A DNA stretch of 11,053 bases from a virus (IMGVR_UViG_2541047882_000001:1-11053), one strand, 5' to 3'. Positions 1-7,042 are shown, numbered from the stretch's first letter. Notes: generated by a model from the letters alone, not told the origin. Made by a program: numbers and translations.

Positions 1-1014
1 CTAACACTCTGCATGGACATTTTGTGGATCTTTTTTGCTGATTTTTAACTTAATGAACTGAGGAACGCTTGCGTCAATTGTAGTGTGATATTGAAATAAG
101 GGGTATTTTCTATCACGATTATTGATTGAATAACTTATTATATCCTTCATAAGTAGCACAAAGTCAGTGGTGAAATTATATTCAAGTATCTCAACCATTT
201 TTAAATGAAAGTGCCAGTATGATTGTAGATATTTTTTTATATCCAATTCATCCGAAAATTTTGTTTTTAAGAATAAAATATATTCATCTTCACCGTGGGT
301 TGAGCACTGATAGAGTTTTTCAATATCTAAACGCTTTAGTCCATAAAGGTTGTGCAATAATTCTAATAGTTTTTCAATGCTATGTATATGGGTGTATAAC
401 TCTGTATAGTCATTAATTTCTTCTTTTTTAAATAGTTCAACTAGTTGGCACCAAATTAATTCTGCATTTTGTATGTAGTCCTTGGAAGCATCAAAATTAT
501 TATTAGTAGTTGAAGCATAAGGATAGCATTTACGATATGTAGAATAACAATTTTCAAATTCTAATTTTGCGTTCTTTTTTATCAAAGGAATGTCTAAAGA
601 TTCAAGGTGTTGTAATGCTTCTATAGTGTTTTTTCTATGGGTATAGAAAAAATCCACTTTGTTTTTCTTTTCTGCTTCTTTGATTTGTTTATCTGTTTGT
701 ATTGTTCGATGAATATTATTGACAACTACTCCCAGTGGAATCGATAAAGATAAAACAGCTAAAGGAAGTTTACTAATGTTTAGGAAATTATTAAATCCTT
801 CCGTATCGATTTGAACATTGTGACCATTCCATGCAACAAATCCGAGCAGAAAAAAACTAATTATTGGAATTGCCAGTGCGGCTTTGAATAATGGTTGATG
901 CGTAAGAGGTTCAGCATTCATCTTGAATGCATTTATCTTGAATAAATAACCCATGTAAACAACCACAAATAAAATGTTAAATAAAACGATGCATTGATTG
1001 ATTGTAAGGTTCAT
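1..1014 (-). CDS. Hypothetical membrane-anchored protein (337 aa): three predicted N-terminal TM helices plus a ~230-aa helical soluble domain of unknown function; AT-rich cargo gene directly downstream of the integrase
   Basis: Uninterrupted 337-codon ORF in very AT-rich DNA, where stop codons are otherwise frequent. ATG at 1014..1012 lies 6 nt after the int stop, with a GAG-containing SD-like stretch just upstream; the stop codon TAG is at 3..1. Hydrophobic segments: CIVLFNILFVVVYMGYLF, LFKAALAIPIISFFLLGFVAW, LPLAVLSLSIPLGVVV. I recognise no catalytic motif. Confidence 0.6.
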   Translation of the reverse strand: MNLTINQCIVLFNILFVVVYMGYLFKINAFKMNAEPLTHQPLFKAALAIPIISFFLLGFVAWNGHNVQIDTEGFNNFLNISKLPLAVLSLSIPLGVVVNNIHRTIQTDKQIKEAEKKNKVDFFYTHRKNTIEALQHLESLDIPLIKKNAKLEFENCYSTYRKCYPYASTTNNNFDASKDYIQNAELIWCQLVELFKKEEINDYTELYTHIHSIEKLLELLHNLYGLKRLDIEKLYQCSTHGEDEYILFLKTKFSDELDIKKYLQSYWHFHLKMVEILEYNFTTDFVLLMKDIISYSINNRDRKYPLFQYHTTIDASVPQFIKLKISKKDPQNVHAEC

Positions 1015-1020
1015 TTTTCT

Positions 1021-2034
1021 CTAAATTATTAATGATAAAGGATTTTTTGTTATTACATCTTCAAGATGCGTTGGCGCAAAGTGAGCATAGATCATAGTCA
1101 TTTTTATATCTGAATGGCCTAAAATCTCTTTAAGAACAAGTATGTTTCCGCCATTCATCATAAAGTGGCTGGCAAATGTATGTCGTAATACATGTGTACA
1201 CTGGCCTTCAGGCAGTACAATCCCCGCTTTAGCTACAGTACGCTCGAAAGTTTTACGGCACGGGGCAAACAACTGGCCTCGTTTTTTTGGTATCTCGTTA
1301 TAAAGCTCTTTTGAGATAGGTATAGAACGTACCTTTCTACTTTTCGTATTTTTGTAAGTGATACGGTATGGCGTAACTTGAGAGCCTTCTAGATTTTCCG
1401 CTTCACTCCACCTTGCACCGGTAGCAAGGCAAATCTTAGTGATGATGAGAACGTGCGGGCTATTAGATTCGGATAAATATTGTAAAAGAGTTTTGATTTC
1501 TTCTGAATAAAGAAAAGAAACCATTTTTTCATCAACTTTAAAGGTTGGAATTCCTGCCAATGGATTTGGAAGCGACCAATGGCCTAGTTTTTTTAGTGTA
1601 CCAAATACGGCAGATAGATAGCGTTGCTCATGATTTACTGTCCGTGGTTGTATCGGCATACAACGTCCATTTATATCCGGAATTTCACCCTTTAAGCGAC
1701 CTTCTCTGTATTGGCTGAAATCCGCCGCTGTGATTTGTGCTGCAATCGGATTTCCCATACCAGCACAAATACCTTTCAATTTCGACATCATGCGGTCGGC
1801 ATCTGCTAATGTTCGACCATATAGATCATGCCACTGCTCAATCAGATCTGATAAGCGTCGATTATCTTGCTTCTCACCCAGCCAGGGTTTGCCTTCCATT
1901 TCGCTGGCGATATATTTTTCATATGCCAGTGCTTCACCTTTCGTGGCGAATTTTTTACGAATACGCTTACCTTTCACCCCATTAGGGCGAAGATCGCACA
2001 ACCATTCACCGCTTTCGATTTTCCGAACTGCCAT
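1021..2034 (-). CDS. int: Phage tyrosine integrase, P2/186 family
   Basis: 337-aa ORF. The N-terminus (MAVRKIESGEWLCDLRPNGVKGKRIRKKF...) parallels the P2 Int N-terminus. The C-terminal catalytic region has LATGARWSEA (Arg box), HVLRHTFASHF (H-x-x-R) and a MIYAHF-like tyrosine motif. Start ATG overlaps the cI stop (TAATG). Confidence 0.9.
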   Translation of the reverse strand: MAVRKIESGEWLCDLRPNGVKGKRIRKKFATKGEALAYEKYIASEMEGKPWLGEKQDNRRLSDLIEQWHDLYGRTLADADRMMSKLKGICAGMGNPIAAQITAADFSQYREGRLKGEIPDINGRCMPIQPRTVNHEQRYLSAVFGTLKKLGHWSLPNPLAGIPTFKVDEKMVSFLYSEEIKTLLQYLSESNSPHVLIITKICLATGARWSEAENLEGSQVTPYRITYKNTKSRKVRSIPISKELYNEIPKKRGQLFAPCRKTFERTVAKAGIVLPEGQCTHVLRHTFASHFMMNGGNILVLKEILGHSDIKMTMIYAHFAPTHLEDVITKNPLSLII

Positions 2035-2609
2035 TACTCACTCACTAAGTATGTGGCCACAACCTTCCCAATCAATTGCACATCAGATACGTCGCAATCA
2101 ACTGGATATTTTCCCCAGTCAATCCGCAATTTGTTACCAGGAAGTAACGTCAATTCTTTGATGCTTTTCGTACCAGAATACTCAAGAAGGAACTTACCGT
2201 CCGTAACAGGGTAATCAGCGATATCTACGAAAAATCTCACTGAACTATCACTGATTATTTGAAGTTCACCTTTGTAGTTTGGGAGTATTGTCTTATCGAA
2301 AATTACGGATGCTTGGCGAACCATATCAGACCCTTCGATTTTATAGGCTGAGATTCGAGTGGTATCACTTGCCACCTGATCAAATCTAACGCCATCACCA
2401 GTGGTTAGCCAGTAGATAGAAGCTCCTGTTTCTAGAGCACAAAGTAGTACTAAATCAGCAGGAAAGTTGTCACGCATGATACGTGTACTTAAAGCACTTG
2501 GAGACATTCCAAGATAATTTGCTAACTGCATTCTGGATGTAAAACCATAAGCCTCACACACCCTTTCGATTGCTTCGCGTGCACCTGTCTTGATGTTGTA
2601 AGTTGTCAT
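2034..2609 (-). CDS. cI: 186-type CI-like phage repressor (N-terminal HTH, C-terminal oligomerisation domain)
   Basis: 191 aa from the internal Met at 2609 (MTTYNIKTG...). HTH-like segment GFTSRMQLANYLGMSPSALSTR. Size matches 186 CI (~190 aa). Lies directly upstream of int on the same strand and divergent from cox, the P2/186 lysogeny-module arrangement. The 38 upstream in-frame codons of the full ORF overlap the operator region and look non-protein-like, so the 2609 start is preferred. Confidence 0.75.
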   Translation of the reverse strand: MTTYNIKTGAREAIERVCEAYGFTSRMQLANYLGMSPSALSTRIMRDNFPADLVLLCALETGASIYWLTTGDGVRFDQVASDTTRISAYKIEGSDMVRQASVIFDKTILPNYKGELQIISDSSVRFFVDIADYPVTDGKFLLEYSGTKSIKELTLLPGNKLRIDWGKYPVDCDVSDVQLIGKVVATYLVSE

Positions 2610-2760
2610 GTTTGTAGTTCGCAACTGTTGACAAACGACAATTTTAAAAATAATCTCCGAATTGTTTCGAATGTAGATATTGATAATTGTCGTTTGTAGA
2701 TTATTAACAACTATTGTCACCAACGCTCATTAGTGACAAACGAAGGAGGAATTTTGCCGT
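2602..2760. promoter_or_regulatory. Divergent cI / cox promoter-operator region with repeated TTGTC/GACAA half-sites
   Basis: Rightward promoter candidate: TTGACA (2628..2633), 17-nt spacer, TAATCT (2651..2656). Perfect 13-bp inverted repeat ACAAACGACAATT (2631..2643) / AATTGTCGTTTGT (2686..2698). Direct repeat TGACAAACGA at 2629..2638 and 2734..2743. Inverted repeat TTGTCAC (2714..2720) / GTGACAA (2733..2739). A further TTGTCA overlaps the cI start codon (2603..2608). Confidence 0.5.
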
Positions 2761-2949
2761 ATGCAAACTAAAGCTGCAACACATTCAGAAAGCAGGTGGG
2801 TACCTCTGAAAACGTTTTGCGACAGGGTTGAAATAAAACTGCGCACGGGACGTTACTGGGTACACACTGGCAAACTCAAAATCAAACCTAAAAGCAAACC
2901 GAAAGAACATGTGTTTGTAGATTGGCTTGCGTGGAACAGTGAAAAGTAA
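2761..2949 (+). CDS. cox: Cox/Apl-like small regulator and excisionase-type protein
   Basis: 62-aa ORF divergent from cI-int, with AAGGAGG SD upstream. C-terminal EHVFVDWLAWN resembles the EYWVYLPAWN segment of P2 Cox as I recall it. Position between cI and cII matches Apl/Cox in 186/P2. Confidence 0.55.
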   Translation: MQTKAATHSESRWVPLKTFCDRVEIKLRTGRYWVHTGKLKIKPKSKPKEHVFVDWLAWNSEK

Positions 2950-2992
2950 TCATCACTTTTAGTGATTTTGAGATTGGGATGGAAGAAAAACA

Positions 2993-3496
2993 ATGTTTGA
3001 TTACCAGACCTCTAAACATGCGCACTTTGATGCGGCTTGCCGAGCATTTGCAATTGAGCACAATCTTGAAGATGTGGCCGCTGCCGTTGGTATGAGGCCG
3101 CAGATCCTGCGCAACAAACTGAACCCAGCACAACCGCACCGCCTGACCTGTGATGAGCTTTTGGCTATCACGGATTACACCGAAGATGCGCGTTTGCTTG
3201 ATGGAATGTTAGGTCAGATTAACTGCCTTCCATCCGTGCCGGTGAACAATGCCACAGAAGGCAACATGCAGTTGTGCGCACTGAGTGCCACAGCCAGTGT
3301 GGGCGCGATTGCTGGGGAAGCCGTATCAACTGGCCATATGACTGCCGCCCGCCGTACTCAAATTCTGGATCGTGCCCGCGATGCAATCCGTAGCTTATCC
3401 GTGCTGGCTTATACCGTTGAAAGCCGTATTCACTCTGCGCCTGTTCTGGCCGCTGCGGTGGATCTGGCCACAACCAACGCCACCGGCCTGATGTGA
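2993..3496 (+). CDS. cII: Phage regulatory protein CII family (186 CII-like)
   Basis: 167 aa, close to the ~169 aa of 186 CII. Contains the VGMRPQILRNKLNP motif characteristic of this family as I recall it. Sits immediately after the cox/apl-like gene. Confidence 0.65.
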   Translation: MFDYQTSKHAHFDAACRAFAIEHNLEDVAAAVGMRPQILRNKLNPAQPHRLTCDELLAITDYTEDARLLDGMLGQINCLPSVPVNNATEGNMQLCALSATASVGAIAGEAVSTGHMTAARRTQILDRARDAIRSLSVLAYTVESRIHSAPVLAAAVDLATTNATGLM

Positions 3497-3505
3497 GGGA
3501 ACACC

Positions 3506-3679
3506 ATGAAAGCGTTTGTCACTTACCTGAAAAAAGAATCACCAGACATGCAGTTGCCGAGTGGTTCAACGGGATGGATAGAACTTCCGAACGGTCAGCG
3601 CTGGAACCCTGGCCACATGTACAAATTCAATGGCCAGCAGCCGCGTCGCCCATGGTGGCGTCGTCTGATGGGGCTATAG
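3506..3679 (+). CDS. Small hypothetical protein (57 aa), absent from the supplied ORF track
   Basis: ATG at 3506 preceded by GAGGGA SD (3495..3500). Translation MKAFVTYLKKESPDMQLPSGSTGWIELPNGQRWNPGHMYKFNGQQPRRPWWRRLMGL, stop TAG at 3677..3679. Different frame from the overlapping GTG-initiated 3493..3936 track ORF, whose first part looks non-coding. Confidence 0.4.
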   Translation: MKAFVTYLKKESPDMQLPSGSTGWIELPNGQRWNPGHMYKFNGQQPRRPWWRRLMGL

Positions 3680-3687
3680 GGGGCGTT

Positions 3688-4087
3688 ATGGCGATTAGCC
3701 AGGAACAGCAAAAGCGCGGGTTGGAGCATTGTAAAAGAATGCGTCTTCAGATCAACCCAGCCTACAGCGATGCGGGGGACTGGTGGGACAACTTGACACC
3801 AGAGTGGCGCGGCGTGGTGCTTCATGCTGCTGCTGTTACTTCAGGTGCCGGGGTATTTAAAGCCCACTTAAGCAAATGCTGCTGGCAGGAACTTTATGAA
3901 CGTCTGGGATACCCTGCGTCTGGCCGTGGATTTTAATCTGTTCGTGAAGGGCGAATTTAAAACCCGTACGGAAGATTACCGGCAACTGGGGGAATACTGG
4001 GAATCACTGGGTGGTACCTGGGGCGGGCGCTTCAAATCCAGACCGGATGGCAATCATTTCAGTCTGGAACATAACGGGGTGCGCTGA
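3688..4087 (+). pseudogene. Probable inactivated M15-family peptidase (endolysin-like) gene split across two frames
   Basis: Frame 1: ATG 3688 with AGGGGG SD, 82 codons ending at 3936, containing a QELYERLG segment. Frame 2: 3896..4087 encodes ...RLAVDF...LGGTWGGRFKSRPDGNHFSLEH, matching the A-x-D and WGG...D-x-x-HF-x-LE signatures of the VanY/M15 (LAS) zinc peptidase C-terminal half. The expected S-x-H-x-x-G segment with the first zinc-ligand His is missing at the frame junction (about 3910..3922). The combined ~400 nt is the size of a ~130-aa M15 endolysin. Confidence 0.4.
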
Positions 4088-4425
4088 TGAGCAGCGGGCA
4101 GTGGCTGGTTGTGGTGGCGCTGGCGTTTGTCTGGGGCTGGCTGACCGCTGACTGGCGGCGTGACAGCTTAGAGCTGGCAATCAATACAGCGGCGCAGGTG
4201 GCCGGTAATGAATCGCGAAAAGTAATGCAGGGCATTGCCAGTGATTCGGCCAGAGTGCTGGAAGATAAACTGGAGGCGTTAAAAAATGTGGCACCGCGTG
4301 AAATACGCACGGAAATACTTAAGCCTGTTTTTACTAATCGCTGCCTGTCTGATGAGTTTGTCAGCATGTACAACAGCGCCGCAGCCGGTACCGAACGTGC
4401 GTTATCAGGAAAACCTGAAAACTAA
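4087..4425 (+). CDS. lysB: LysB-like i-spanin (Rz-equivalent lysis protein)
   Basis: 112 aa. N-terminal TM anchor LVVVALAFVWGWL followed by a charged, helical periplasmic region. Start overlaps the upstream stop (TGATG). Contains the embedded/overlapping lysC gene, as in P2. Confidence 0.7.
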   Translation: MSSGQWLVVVALAFVWGWLTADWRRDSLELAINTAAQVAGNESRKVMQGIASDSARVLEDKLEALKNVAPREIRTEILKPVFTNRCLSDEFVSMYNSAAAGTERALSGKPEN

Positions 4426-4585
4426 ATGCACCACGCAGCTGCCGCGCCTGAACGGTACGACAGGAAAAGACGCAACGGAATTACTGACAATTTATCCTGA
4501 AATTTATGGGCAGTGTGCTGCGCGTCATAATCAGTTAGTGGACGAAATTAATTTAAGAGAGAGTATGAGTGATGGAACAAATTAA
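4286..4585 (+). CDS. lysC: LysC-like o-spanin (Rz1-equivalent outer-membrane lipoprotein)
   Basis: 99 aa in an alternate frame overlapping the 3' third of lysB. GGAGG SD 9 nt upstream. Lipoprotein signal: basic n-region MWHRVKYARKY, hydrophobic core, lipobox L-S-A-C, then a Pro-rich mature N-terminus CTTAPQPVP. Confidence 0.65.
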   Translation: MWHRVKYARKYLSLFLLIAACLMSLSACTTAPQPVPNVRYQENLKTKCTTQLPRLNGTTGKDATELLTIYPEIYGQCAARHNQLVDEINLRESMSDGTN

Positions 4586-4829
4586 ACTGTGTGTTTGTGG
4601 TGTAGATATTGTTTTTGAGCCAAATCAGACCGCCTACAACAAATTTATTAATGAAATGGCGATGGATAATAAAGTTGCCCCGGCACATAACTATTTGACA
4701 CGAATTGTGGCAACGGAAAGTAAAGAAGCACTGGCAGAAGTATTAAAACGTCCGGGTGCAGCGCTTCAACTGGTTGGCAAAGTAAATGATATTTATGCGC
4801 CTGAACTGGAAATTGAAGTAAAAAACTGA
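4572..4829 (+). CDS. E: Phage tail assembly chaperone gpE (P2 E-like)
   Basis: 85 aa from ATG 4572 (the track ORF starts 3 nt earlier at GTG). Immediately upstream of the tape-measure gene. Ends at a slippery heptamer, the classic E/E-prime arrangement. Confidence 0.7.
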   Translation: MEQIKLCVCGVDIVFEPNQTAYNKFINEMAMDNKVAPAHNYLTRIVATESKEALAEVLKRPGAALQLVGKVNDIYAPELEIEVKN

Positions 4830-5020
4830 CAAAGCGAGTCCATGAAATTGAAAGGAATGGACTCGAACAATATTTAATTCTCCGCCGTCATTATTTACCG
4901 CATGGTCAGGATTCCGTTGATGATATCGCCGCCGCTATCTGGCTGGACAATCGTCACTGGGAATATACCGGAATAGCCGTGGCCAATGGTGTGGCAAAAG
5001 CATTTAAAGGCACTGAATGA
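4820..5020 (+). CDS. E-prime extension of the E+E-prime -1 frameshift product (slippery site A_AAA_AAC at 4820..4826)
   Basis: From AAAAAAC, the -1 frame is open for 66 codons: KKLTKRVHEIERNGLEQYLILRRHYLPHGQDSVDDIAAAIWLDNRHWEYTGIAVANGVAKAFKGTE. It ends at TGA 5018..5020, overlapping the T start codon (ATGA). The RRHYLPHGQ...IWLD...ANG segment resembles the conserved P2 GpE extension as I recall it. Confidence 0.65.
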   Translation, partial: KKLTKRVHEIERNGLEQYLILRRHYLPHGQDSVDDIAAAIWLDNRHWEYTGIAVANGVAKAFKGTE

Positions 5021-6864
5021 AACAATTAGATTTTACATTGAGCCTGATTGATAAATTATCCCGCCCGTTAAAACAGGTGCAGGGTAACGTCACTGGCTTT
5101 GCGGAAAAATCAAAAGCGGCCTTTATGCAGATCGGTGGCGGTGTACTGGCGCTGGCTGGTACCGGGATGGCGATCAAAGGCGCGTTATCACCGGCAATTG
5201 AAATGTATGACGCGCTGAATGATGCCGCCGCAAAAGGGATTGAGGATTCCGCGCTTAAGACAGTTCAGCGTGATGCCCTGCGCTTCAGTACAACCTATGG
5301 CGCCAGCGCGGTGGAGTTCGTTAAATCCACGGAAAATATTAACGCTTCCATTGCGGGGCTGACGGGTAATGAATTGCCGAAGGTGACGAAAGTCGCCAAT
5401 ACCCTGGCTTTTGCGCTTAAGTCCACAGCGGCGGACACGGCGGAATTTATGGGGCAGATGTTCGGTAACTTTTCAGCCGATGCCGCCAGACTGGGCAAGG
5501 TTGAATTTGCCGAGCAGCTGGCAGGCAAGATGGTTTATATGCGCAAAACCTTTGGCACAGAAATGGCTACTATCAAGGATTTGATGGAAGGTGCGCGTGG
5601 CGTCGGGACTAACTACGGCGTGGGACTGGATGAACAGCTGGCCGTGCTGGGGCAACTTCAGCGGACACTGGGAACGGAAGCCAGCAGCGCCTATGAAGGG
5701 TTTATGACCGGTGCGATTGATGGCGCTAAAAAGCTGGGGCTGTCCTTTACTGACTCCACCGGCAAAATGCTGTCCATGCCTGAAATGCTGATCAAGTTGC
5801 AGGGCAAATATGGCAAAAGCCTTGAAGGGAACCTGAAAGCCCAGGCGGAACTGGATGCAGCCTTTGGTGACAGTTCGGCAGTGGTTAAACAGCTTTACGG
5901 CAATGTCGCGTTACTTCAGCGGAACATCACCGAACTGGGCGGCGCGGACGGTCTGAAGCGTACCCAGGAAATGGCACAAAAAATGGTTAAGCCGTGGGAT
6001 CGCTTTGTGCAAATCCTGAAAGCCATTCAGACCGTGATCGGGCTGACGCTGATCCCGGTGCTGTATCCGGTTCTGAATCGCCTGGCTGATATGGGGCAGA
6101 CCTTTGCCCGCTGGATGCAGCTATTTCCTAACATTGCCCGTGTGATTGGTTATGCGTCGATGGCACTCCTGAGCTTTGCCGCCGTGGGTGCGGTGGCCAA
6201 TATCGTGATGGGGGTTTCCAGATTCATCATGATGGGATTGCGCGGGATCTGGGTGGCGTTAACGGCGGTTACGAAAATCTACACGGCCACTGTCTGGCTG
6301 GCGCAAATGGCGGTAATCGCCTGGAATACCACGCTGAAGTTTTTGCGCGGTGCGTTACTGGCGGTACGCATGGCCGCAATAATGGCCGGAATTGGTATCA
6401 ACCTGATGAGCTGGCCGATCCTGCTTGTGATTGGTGCCATTGCACTGCTGGTTGCCGGTTGTTATCTGCTGGTTAAGCACTGGGACACGATAAAAACAGC
6501 GGTGGTGAATACCGAAGCCTTCCAGACATGTGCCGCCGTGGTGAAATGGCTGGCGGGGATCTTTGCTTCAGCCTGGCAATATATCAGTGAAGGATGGAAC
6601 AGCTTTATTTCTTTGCTGACAGGATTTTCACCGTTTGAGGCGTTAAAGGGGATGGCCTCCGACATTATGTCGCTGTTTGATAATGTCTGGAAGTCAATCA
6701 AAGGGGGATTTCTTAAGTCGTGGAACTGGATTGTTCAGAAACTGAATAAAATTCCCGGCGTGGATATTTCACTGGCCAGTGAAACCACGCAGCCATTAAC
6801 CGGAAATACACTGTCAACGGGTGGTGATTTAAAAGGTGTGGATAACTGTCCATATTGGCAGTGA
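5017..6864 (+). CDS. T: Phage tail tape measure protein (P2 gpT-like), probably C-terminally truncated or frameshifted
   Basis: 615-aa ORF. N-terminal region parallels P2 gpT (MKQLDFTLSLIDKLSRPLKQ... versus the gpT N-terminus as I recall it). Long helical N-terminal half, central hydrophobic/Gly-Ala-rich stretch, Trp-rich C-terminal part. Shorter than P2 gpT (~815 aa), and an overlapping ORF continues in another frame to 7042. Confidence 0.85.
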   Translation: MKQLDFTLSLIDKLSRPLKQVQGNVTGFAEKSKAAFMQIGGGVLALAGTGMAIKGALSPAIEMYDALNDAAAKGIEDSALKTVQRDALRFSTTYGASAVEFVKSTENINASIAGLTGNELPKVTKVANTLAFALKSTAADTAEFMGQMFGNFSADAARLGKVEFAEQLAGKMVYMRKTFGTEMATIKDLMEGARGVGTNYGVGLDEQLAVLGQLQRTLGTEASSAYEGFMTGAIDGAKKLGLSFTDSTGKMLSMPEMLIKLQGKYGKSLEGNLKAQAELDAAFGDSSAVVKQLYGNVALLQRNITELGGADGLKRTQEMAQKMVKPWDRFVQILKAIQTVIGLTLIPVLYPVLNRLADMGQTFARWMQLFPNIARVIGYASMALLSFAAVGAVANIVMGVSRFIMMGLRGIWVALTAVTKIYTATVWLAQMAVIAWNTTLKFLRGALLAVRMAAIMAGIGINLMSWPILLVIGAIALLVAGCYLLVKHWDTIKTAVVNTEAFQTCAAVVKWLAGIFASAWQYISEGWNSFISLLTGFSPFEALKGMASDIMSLFDNVWKSIKGGFLKSWNWIVQKLNKIPGVDISLASETTQPLTGNTLSTGGDLKGVDNCPYWQ

Positions 6865-7042
6865 GAGTATCAACGCCCTGACCATGATGCTGGATACCAT
6901 TGATTTACTGGCAGATCTGGCGCAGCAATGCGCGAGCCATTCGCACCCCACCGTTGGGACGCCAACCAATGCCGCCGCGTTCACACAGACGGCGACGAAA
7001 GCCGGGCAGACCCGGAGCAAGTACCAGGGGATCATTGCTTAA
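6836..7042 (+). pseudogene. Possible out-of-frame continuation of the tape-measure gene (remnant)
   Basis: 68-codon ORF in the +1 frame relative to T, overlapping the last 29 nt of T. It ends where GC-normal phage DNA gives way to AT-rich DNA. No downstream tail genes U or D are present. Confidence 0.3.

Noticed and set aside
219-416. 65-aa ORF on the plus strand inside the 1..1014 gene
   Set aside because: Antisense to a much longer ORF, low-complexity AT-rich translation, no RBS; almost certainly spurious.
1730-2214. Three overlapping plus-strand ORFs (143, 82, 115 aa) antisense to the integrase
   Set aside because: Embedded in and antisense to a well-supported integrase gene; Ser/Pro/Cys-rich junk-like translations; mutually overlapping.
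2610-2723. 38-codon N-terminal extension of the cI ORF (start at 2723)
   Set aside because: The extension covers the operator/promoter repeats and translates to low-complexity sequence (IINIYIRNNSEIIFKIVV). The 186 CI-sized protein begins at the internal Met at 2609.
2952-2966. Short hairpin ATCACT-TTT-AGTGAT between cox and cII
   Set aside because: Only a 6-bp AT-rich stem with a 3-nt loop; too weak to call a terminator. Could be a minor operator palindrome but is not supportable alone.
2888-3139. 83-aa minus-strand ORF overlapping the cox end and cII start
   Set aside because: Antisense to two supported genes and spans their intergenic region; no functional signature.
3219-3473. 84-aa minus-strand ORF inside cII
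   Set aside because: Antisense to the CII-like gene; a chance ORF in GC-richer DNA.
3493-3687. GTG-initiated N-terminal part of the 147-aa track ORF
   Set aside because: The first ~65 codons overlap the better-signalled 57-aa ORF in another frame and lack an RBS. The plausible start for this frame is the ATG at 3688 with an AGGGGG SD.
3595-3825. 76-aa minus-strand ORF
   Set aside because: Antisense to plus-strand phage genes; no signals.
4059-4373. 104-aa minus-strand ORF antisense to lysB
   Set aside because: Overlaps the well-supported spanin genes on the opposite strand; Ser-rich low-complexity translation.
5295-5655. Two minus-strand ORFs (77 and 60 aa) inside the tape-measure gene
   Set aside because: Antisense to a 615-codon gene with clear family resemblance; typical spurious ORFs in Ala-rich coding DNA.
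6462-7035. Minus-strand ORFs 6462..6701 and 6829..7035
   Set aside because: Antisense to the T gene and its out-of-frame continuation; no RBS or recognisable features.
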